Below are positions 57,201 to 64,000 of a DNA stretch of 64,000 nucleotides, piece after piece. Below the pieces are notes generated by a model. The model was not told where the DNA came from. It was given only the letters and a program-made list of their open reading frames with translations, and made no database searches. Position 1 is the first letter of the stretch; each line of letters opens with the position of its first letter. Position numbers and translations under genes: made by a program. Origin of the DNA: Camelus ferus (lineage: Eukaryota); assembly GCF_009834535.1 (NCBI RefSeq), contig NC_045703.1, forward strand, positions 73,408,001-73,472,000. Reading direction: 5' to 3'.

Positions 57201-60200
57201 GCCCCGCGACTTGGCAGGTTTTACTTGTAAGCGAGTAGGTTAGATTTTTCGGCCACAGGAGCTATTGCGACTCGGCTGAAAGTCAAACTCAGATTTAAAA
57301 TAAAGTCCTTTTTGTTTTTTTTTTTTTTAACAAGGCTGAGGCGCAGCTCGTGGGGGCGCTGCGTCAGCTGCGCTCCACGTTCCTGGCCGCCCCTGCCCGG
57401 AGCGTTTGGCGAGCACGGATGCACCGCGCTTCGGGTCAGCCAGAGCAGGGCGCAGGCGTCCTCAACGTGTCTCCGGTTGGAGGACCTAGGAAGCCTGCCA
57501 GAAACCCCAGCACCTATTCCTGATGTGGCGCACGCAGGAAGTGGCTCTGCCTCTGGTTTCTGGGGTGACTGAGGTGTCCCCCTCTGCACTGACACACTGA
57601 GCACTGGAACGGCGTCCAGTGCACTGGACAAGCTCCATTTTAAATCGTATTTAATTTTACCTGAGTCAAGTTCCACCCGCACGTGGTGAGCGGCCACGTC
57701 TGACAGCCGGGCAGAGGGCGGGGTTCCCACCCGGCAGCCCTGCCAGTGTCTCCCAGGCAGCTTCCTGACCCCGGTGCCTCTATGTGGCCAGGACTGTGGC
57801 TCTGCTCCTCCTTCCCTGTGACCTCGTCTTCCTTCTCATCTTCAACAGTCAGGTTGACATAAAGGTGTCAGATGGGTATCTCGGCCTTCTCCCGAGACAC
57901 CCCGTGTCCGCACGTTGCTTCCTGCTGGGCTGATGCCAGCAGGGAGCCTGGAGCCGTGGGTGGGCGCTGATCCAATGCTGGGCGCTGCGTGTAGACCTCT
58001 CTGGGGCTGGGCCGGGCTCTAAGATGCGAGGAAAAGCCAGCATGGAGGAGAGCTGCAGCGAAGGGTGGTAATGCTGCTGGGCCCTGCGAGCTCCTCCTTC
58101 GGGGCCGCCTGCTCTTGTGTGACTGAAGGTTCCGGGACAGTTAGACAGGCTGAGCCTTTACACCACCGGCCGTTGCCTCCCTGTGAGTCCCTTCAGGTGG
58201 CTGTGATGGACGGAGCCTCGCGTGGCGTTTCCTCTCCACCCACCAGTTGTTGGTTCAGGACACATTCCTTCTGATCCGTGATGAACCTGCCAGTTGTGGG
58301 TGGTAGAGAAGAGCTGATGAGAAGAACACACACGGCTCCAGCCTCCTGCTGCTCTTGATCTAACCCGGGAGGTGGAAACAGACCAGATCATCACTTTCTT
58401 GTCCCAGACAGGACAGATGTCCTCTGCCTGCCTCTCCTCCATCCCGGTGCCCAGTGACTTCGCACCATCTCCTCGTGGGTCTGGAGGGGGCGCCGGGGGC
58501 GCACAAGGCTGAGCGTGTCCAGTCACACACCCTGCTGACCTGCCTCCTGTTGGAAGGTTGTTTCAGACACGGCTAGCTCTCCAGAAAAACTACCAGAAAA
58601 AAAGAGAATAATCATAAGAGGAAAGAAAATGAAGAAAAGCCCCCGCAGGATGGGGATACACGTCACTAGACATTTAATATCCTGAACAAACTTCTTTTTA
58701 ACACTTTTCTTAATGTGGTGTTTTGGCATCCTGGCTTCCCCCCGTGGTTCCTCCAGCCCCAGGGCCTCTGGGCTCTTTGCACGTGGCCAGGAGATGGGAG
58801 AAGAGACTGGAGAAGACTTACTGCTTCCTAAGATGCTGAGCTACCAAATAAATTTAAAGTCCTAAATTTATAATTAAGATTTTCCAAGATAAAGACATTT
58901 CCCGTGTGGCCTGGCCGGGGGCCCTTGCTCATTCACTCTGTGTTTCTGTCATCTAGACACACACGTCCCTGAAGGCCCCCCTGAGGGCCGTGCTGTTTCA
59001 TCCTCCCCAGCCCGGCTCCCACCCTGTAGCTTTTGCCTCCATCACTCATTTTGAAGAATCAGCTTAAATACCATTTTCAGTCGTATTATTCAGCTGCTCT
59101 TGTCTGAAAGTAATTCTTTCCTTTAATCTCTCAGAGGTCAACATATATATTTCTTTGGATAATTCATAATAGTTACTTTAAAACCAGATTCAAAATTTAA
59201 CTACCTTGAGATTAAAACAGGATAAAGATAAACATTGCTGCTGAAGATTATTCAGCTGCTTTAAAAAGTCCACAAATAAACAACTTGAATGTTCAAATTG
59301 CACTTTTTTCTAAATCAAATATAAAGTTAATTCATTGATCCTTCTATGTCAGAGTTGGAATCTGTTAATTTAACTAGAGTTTGTTGCCTTGGAATTCATA
59401 CTACCTGAGAACTGCAGCTTCATGTAAGATTGATCTTAATAATCCAACCAACTTAGAAACATCCAGTGGAAAAATGGGCTCTAGGTAATATAATTTTTCA
59501 AAAATCCCTCTCAGTCGCTGGATTTTTCATGTTTCTGAAGTTACCCACCTGGATGCCCCCAGATAAGCACTTAATCACTTCCCTTTTTGTGTAACCACCA
59601 CATCAAACAGTTTTCTAAATAAAATAATCTCAGTTTTGTTCCACATATAAGTTGCATTTAAAAAAATCCTGCACTGACGTTTTTGAAAGTTCTTCTCTTT
59701 TGCCAAAGTTTAAATATCCCCCTCTCTTTTTCATAAAGATAGCAAGATCAAAAAAACAAAACCCTACACATCTACGACTGAGAGTGAAACTCCACTAAAA
59801 TCTCCCATGGAATTGCTCAAGGCTCTTGGACTCAGTTTCCAACCTCACGAGTGGCTGTCGGTGGCACGACAGCAGGAGCGGCCTCCCTCCCACACCCCCT
59901 TCCCCACAGTTCTCATCACTCCAGCTTCCAGCCCCGACCAGGCCGTTTGCTGCACAGGCTGCTCTTTTCCGAGCACCCATAAAGCATGGAGAGGCTGCCT
60001 TTAAGAGGCTAGCAGGGGCCTGGGGGTGCTCGAGGCCGTTGCTACAAAGGACAGTGAGCATTTCCACGTTGGGTTAACCCAACCCTTCTCCACTCCAAGG
60101 CCTCATCTCCAACTGTGAATGCTGGATGTTTCCAAGACCAGCCAGCAGTCACCGTAGTCGTACCATGTCCATGTGAAGAATGTCTTTCTCTTTGTCCTCT

Positions 60201-60619
60201 GAGGATCACTGATGAAGCCAGCAGCTGTCGGGTGCTCGGGGCTGAGCTATGAAGAGCTCAGAGGACATTCATAGCAGGGAGGATCCTAGAAGGACGTAAC
60301 CGTGTGTGTGGTACCAGTGCTCAGGTCTGGAGAAGCAGGACCCCCACAGGGGAATGGCAGGAGCAAAGGTCAGGGGGTCGGGGGAGAGTGGCATGAACGC
60401 TGTCGTCAGGGTCCAAGCAGGGGATGTGATGGGAATCGAGAGAGCACAGGTGCCCACCGTGCCGTGAATGAAGCAGAGATGCAGCCGCTGCTGAGGTGAG
60501 GAGTCTGGTTTGATTTTGATTATGGGAGGAAGTCACTTAAACTTTCTAAATGAGGAAATGCGATTCTTATTTCCTGCTTTTCAGGGACCCCTGGCTGCTG
60601 TCTGGGAGCTGATTGTAGG

Positions 60620-61310
60620 TGGAGGGGACCCGCGGGAGGTGGGGAGGCTGCTCAGAGATGGCGGTACCCGGGATGACAGCAGTGGTGTGAGCCATGGCTG
60701 AATCTGTCCCATATTTCGGAGGTTGGGCCAACAGTACACGCTGTTGAGTTGGTTATGAGGTGTGAGGTTATGAGGAAGAGAGGGCACTAAAGGGTTAAAC
60801 CTACTTCGGGAGCTGTGTCACTAAAAGAATGGTGGTCCCATCTATGGATATGGACGACTGAGGGTGGGGCAGGGCTGGGGGGTAGTCAGAGGCCTCCGGT
60901 AGGAGTGTCAGGTTGGCATCACTTATCGGGTAGTCACACCAGGGGGCTGGAGGTAATTTGGAAGACGGCAGCCGCAGGTGGTCAAAGCGCAGGCTGAGCT
61001 GACCACTCGTGGAGTCAGCAGGGAAGGGCAGGGCACCAGGGAGTCAGCCTGACGTGCCCCGTATTCAGAGGTTAAGAAACGAAGGGTAAGTCAGTGAAGA
61101 AGGCTGGAAAACAGGCTGGAGGTACAGCCTTTTGCACAAAGGGTCTTAATCACCTTTGTCAAATAATCGCTCAGAGAAGTTGATCAGGATGACAGCTGAG
61201 AAAGGACTGCTCAGTAAATTGTTGGTGACCCTGTCAAGACCTGTTTCAATGACGTGGAAGGGACCACAGCTTCCTGAAGTGTTATCAAGAGGACTTATAA
61301 GATGAGGTTT
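60620..61310 (-). mobile_element. L2 LINE remnant
   Basis: 'gtcaaataatcgctcagagaagttgatcaggatgacagctgagaa...attgttggtgaccctgtcaagacctgtttcaatgacgtgg' matches L2 antisense 'gtcaaatgctgctgagaggtcaagtaagatgaggactgag...cattggtgaccttgacaagagcagtttcagtggagtgg'. Confidence 0.65.
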
Positions 61311-61378
61311 TGGGGACAATGACATACACATGTTTGAATAAAGCATGTGTCCATAGTATTTAATAGCCAATATATAAG

Positions 61379-62052
61379 TTTTAAAAGAATACATACCATA
61401 CGATCCAGCAATCCCACTCCCGGGCATATATCAAGAGGGAACTCTAATCCGAAAANNNNNNNNNNNNNNNNNNNNNNNNNNNNNNNNNNNNNNNNNNNNN
61501 NNNNNNNNNNNNNNNNNNNNNNNNNNNNNNNNNNNNNNNNNNNNNNNNNNNNNNNNNNNNNNNNNNNNNNNNNNNNNNNNNNNNNNNNNNNNNNNNNNNN
61601 NNNNNNNNNNNNNNNNNNNNNNNNNNNNNNNNNNNNNNNNNNNNNNNNNNNNNNNNNNNNNNNNNNNNNNNNNNNNNNNNNNNNNNNNCTAACATGTGGA
61701 ATATAAAAAGAAAAGAAAAGAAAAGAAAAACAGAGGACATTAATGCACTTATCTACAAAACAGAAACAGATTTGCAGACACAGTAAACAATCTTATGGTT
61801 ACCAGGGGATAGGGGGTGGGAAGGGATAAGTTTGGGAGTTTGAGATCTGACAATGTTAATCACTATAGATAAAAATAGATTAAAAAACAAATTTGTTCTG
61901 TGTAGCACAGGGAACTATATTCAATACCTTATAATAACCGTTAACAAAAAAGAATATGAAAATGAACATATGTGTATATATATGCATTCTGGGACATCGT
62001 GCTGTGCACCAGAAACTGACACATTGTAACTGACTGTATTTCAATTAAAAAA
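61379..62052 (+). mobile_element. 5'-truncated younger L1 (ORF2 end, 3' UTR, A tail) with an N gap
   Basis: 'ccatacgatccagcaatcccactcccgggcatatatc', then 3' UTR 'gtagcacagggaactatattcaatacc...gggacatcgtgctgtgcaccagaaactgacacattgtaactgactgtatttcaattaaaaaaa'. Possible degraded TSD: ccaatatataag (61367-61378) and ccaatgtgtaag (62055-62066). Confidence 0.9.
61456..61688. other. N gap (233 N) inside L1
   Basis: Run of N in the sequence. Confidence 0.99.
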
Positions 62053-63964
62053 ACCCAATGTGTAAGCAGCTCTGATTTCCACCCTGGAATCATTTGGAAA
62101 CGGAAAACTATTCTGCTCCATAAAAATAACGATGCATGTGGGCCTTTCCCTCACCGGGAAGTCAGGTAAACCTTGCGTAACACCACAACATGGCCGCAGG
62201 GACACGCAAACGATTGTGTGCTCTACAACCCAACACCACGTGTCTGGAGCCGTGCGACTGCTCTGTGCGTCTTCCCCGTGTGTCGGTCGCTAACGCAGTG
62301 CACAACAAAAGGACAAGTCTGCTCCACCTCGTGTTACTAGCATCGCTAGTTAAAATCAACTTGCTAGCCAAAAGTACATTTAATTCGTTATAATTTTTTC
62401 CTCACTTCTAATTTTTTGAAAGCTTCTTTGTTAATAGCTGGACTTTTAAAGTTACCCAGGAATGGAGGTCTTAATAAATTTCCCTTTATCAGGAAAATAA
62501 ATGCTGTGCCATTGACTACAGAATGATGTCCACAGATGGCATCTTCTTTAAAGACAAATGAATCTCAGTTAACCCTCTCAGTATCTCAGATGTTTCAAGA
62601 ATTCTCCAACTGCTCCTGTTGGGAAGATGTGCAGAGTAGTTTGGCTGGTCATTTCTTGTCTGCTGAGAAAATTCAAGCCAGACTGAGAAAGGAAAAGAAT
62701 CACAAAAGGGCAGACGAAGAGATGGAGGACAGTCACACCCATTTTGTCCCGTATTAAGGATCCTTTGGGTTAGTGGCAGCATATGAAGGACATTTTTGGC
62801 AATGGCTGGAAAACCAGGTCCCCTCCCTGCTTCTCCCCCTCCCGCGGCTCCTCTGAGTCACCTGCTGGGCTGTGGGTGACACGTTCACGGCTCAGGCAGC
62901 CTCAGGCCCAATGAGGACGTTAGTTTCCCAGGTTTACGGGGAAGTGGGGAACCGTGCCTGGGAAGAAACCCGAGGTGGAACTTTCAACCAGCTGTGGCCC
63001 AGGCGTGGAAGCATGTAGAAGGGAGGACGTGAGTAGCTGTGGACACCGTCCGCAGGGAGACAGCCACGGTCAAACCAGAAAGTGATTCAAGGCTGAGCTA
63101 CGTGGGCGGGTCCAGGTCAGGGGCCCGGGCAGAGGGTCAGCCCCGTTCGCTGCGGGATGGACGCCAGCCGCTGGGGAGCGTAAGGAGCAGACTCAGCGCC
63201 ACCTGTGCGCGCAAACAGGCAGCCCTCGGGCTAAGGCTCAGGCTCAGGCTCGGTCCCAGGCTCCAGACGGCCTGAGCCCGCGCGCGGCCGGGAGGACACA
63301 CACAAGACAGCGCTGCGCAGCGTGGGCGCAAGTTAGCGGCGCGCGCACCGCAAGGGTGAGCTGTCCCGTCTGCTTGGTGGGACAGCAGCTGGTGTGCCCC
63401 CTGGTTGGGATAAAAAAGCCTCAGGGACCAGTAGGACTTGGTTCAGCCGACAGACACCATGAGCTCCTTTTTGGAGCGTGGGAAATGGGGGATAAACTCT
63501 CTTACTGAGATTTAAGTTACAGGACACGGGAGGTGGAAAACCTCAGACTTACGGGATTGCTCACCACCTGTGACATACACTCACGTCAACTCGACCGTCC
63601 GAAGTCAGACCACCCCAGCATCCTGCGGGCGTTCCGTGGGGGGAGCTGCCTACGACGGGCGTTTTGTCTCCAGGAAGATGTTAGTCTTCCTGCAATGTTC
63701 CAACATGGCAGTAACGTCTAAATTTCTGAAAATTAAGTCATGAATCACTGAAGTATGATTGTTTTTCCTACAAAATAGGCTTCCCAGGTTGTCCTGAAAA
63801 ATCTTAAACTTTTCTCTTCCTTTGCTACGAGGTCATGTTTTTCCTTTACACTTTCTACTTCAGATCATTGCAGGCGGTGCTTCCTCAGGCAGGAATGCCC
63901 TGCCCATTTTGGTATTACTATTCAGTTTATCTTTTGAGATAAAATTTGCATGTAGTGAAGTGCA

Positions 63965-64000
63965 TATATATATACAACTGAATCACTTTGCTGTACACCT
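63965..64000 (+). mobile_element. L1 3' UTR terminal fragment running off the window edge
   Basis: 'tatatatatacaactgaatcactttgctgtacacct' is the same motif class as 30030-30065. Confidence 0.6.

Noticed and set aside
44865-60956. CTCF-like strings (e.g. ccccgtggggggcgcc near 44870, acaccagggggctgg near 60935)
   Set aside because: These are partial matches, common in GC-rich DNA, and cannot be scored without a PWM.
62536-62757. 73-aa ORF ending in a charged stretch (RLRKEKNHKRADEE)
   Set aside because: It is short and unrecognised, and lacks a good acceptor/donor pair.
1-64000. tRNA, rRNA, snRNA, 7SL or miRNA genes and processed pseudogenes
   Set aside because: No recognisable signature was found on either strand. 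Small or diverged copies could be missed without Infernal or BLAST.

Overview
GC- and CpG-rich mammalian genomic DNA with four short N gaps. The L1 3' ends look cetartiodactyl, most like camelid as recalled from memory, and I saw no lineage-specific SINEs. I found no protein-coding exon, RNA gene or CRISPR array I can support. The supplied ORFs are best explained as GC-rich chance frames, repeat-derived frames or L1 remnants. The main landmark is a CpG island at ~31.45-32.75 kb with GC boxes and a + strand donor (CAG|GTGAGG at 31619). I read this as the non-coding first exon of an unidentified gene, followed by an intron of more than 32 kb. The rest is old interspersed repeats (MIR, L2, MLT1, MLT2, MER21, L1), a second orphan CpG island at ~20.4-21.0 kb and a ~950 bp hierarchical minisatellite with a 300-codon stop-free acidic frame. 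There are also several candidate enhancer motif clusters, non-B DNA tracts and splice signals that may mark an upstream non-coding transcript. Repeat calls are by-eye comparisons with remembered consensus sequences, so boundaries are approximate. I found no convincing new biological system, and the findings are leads only.
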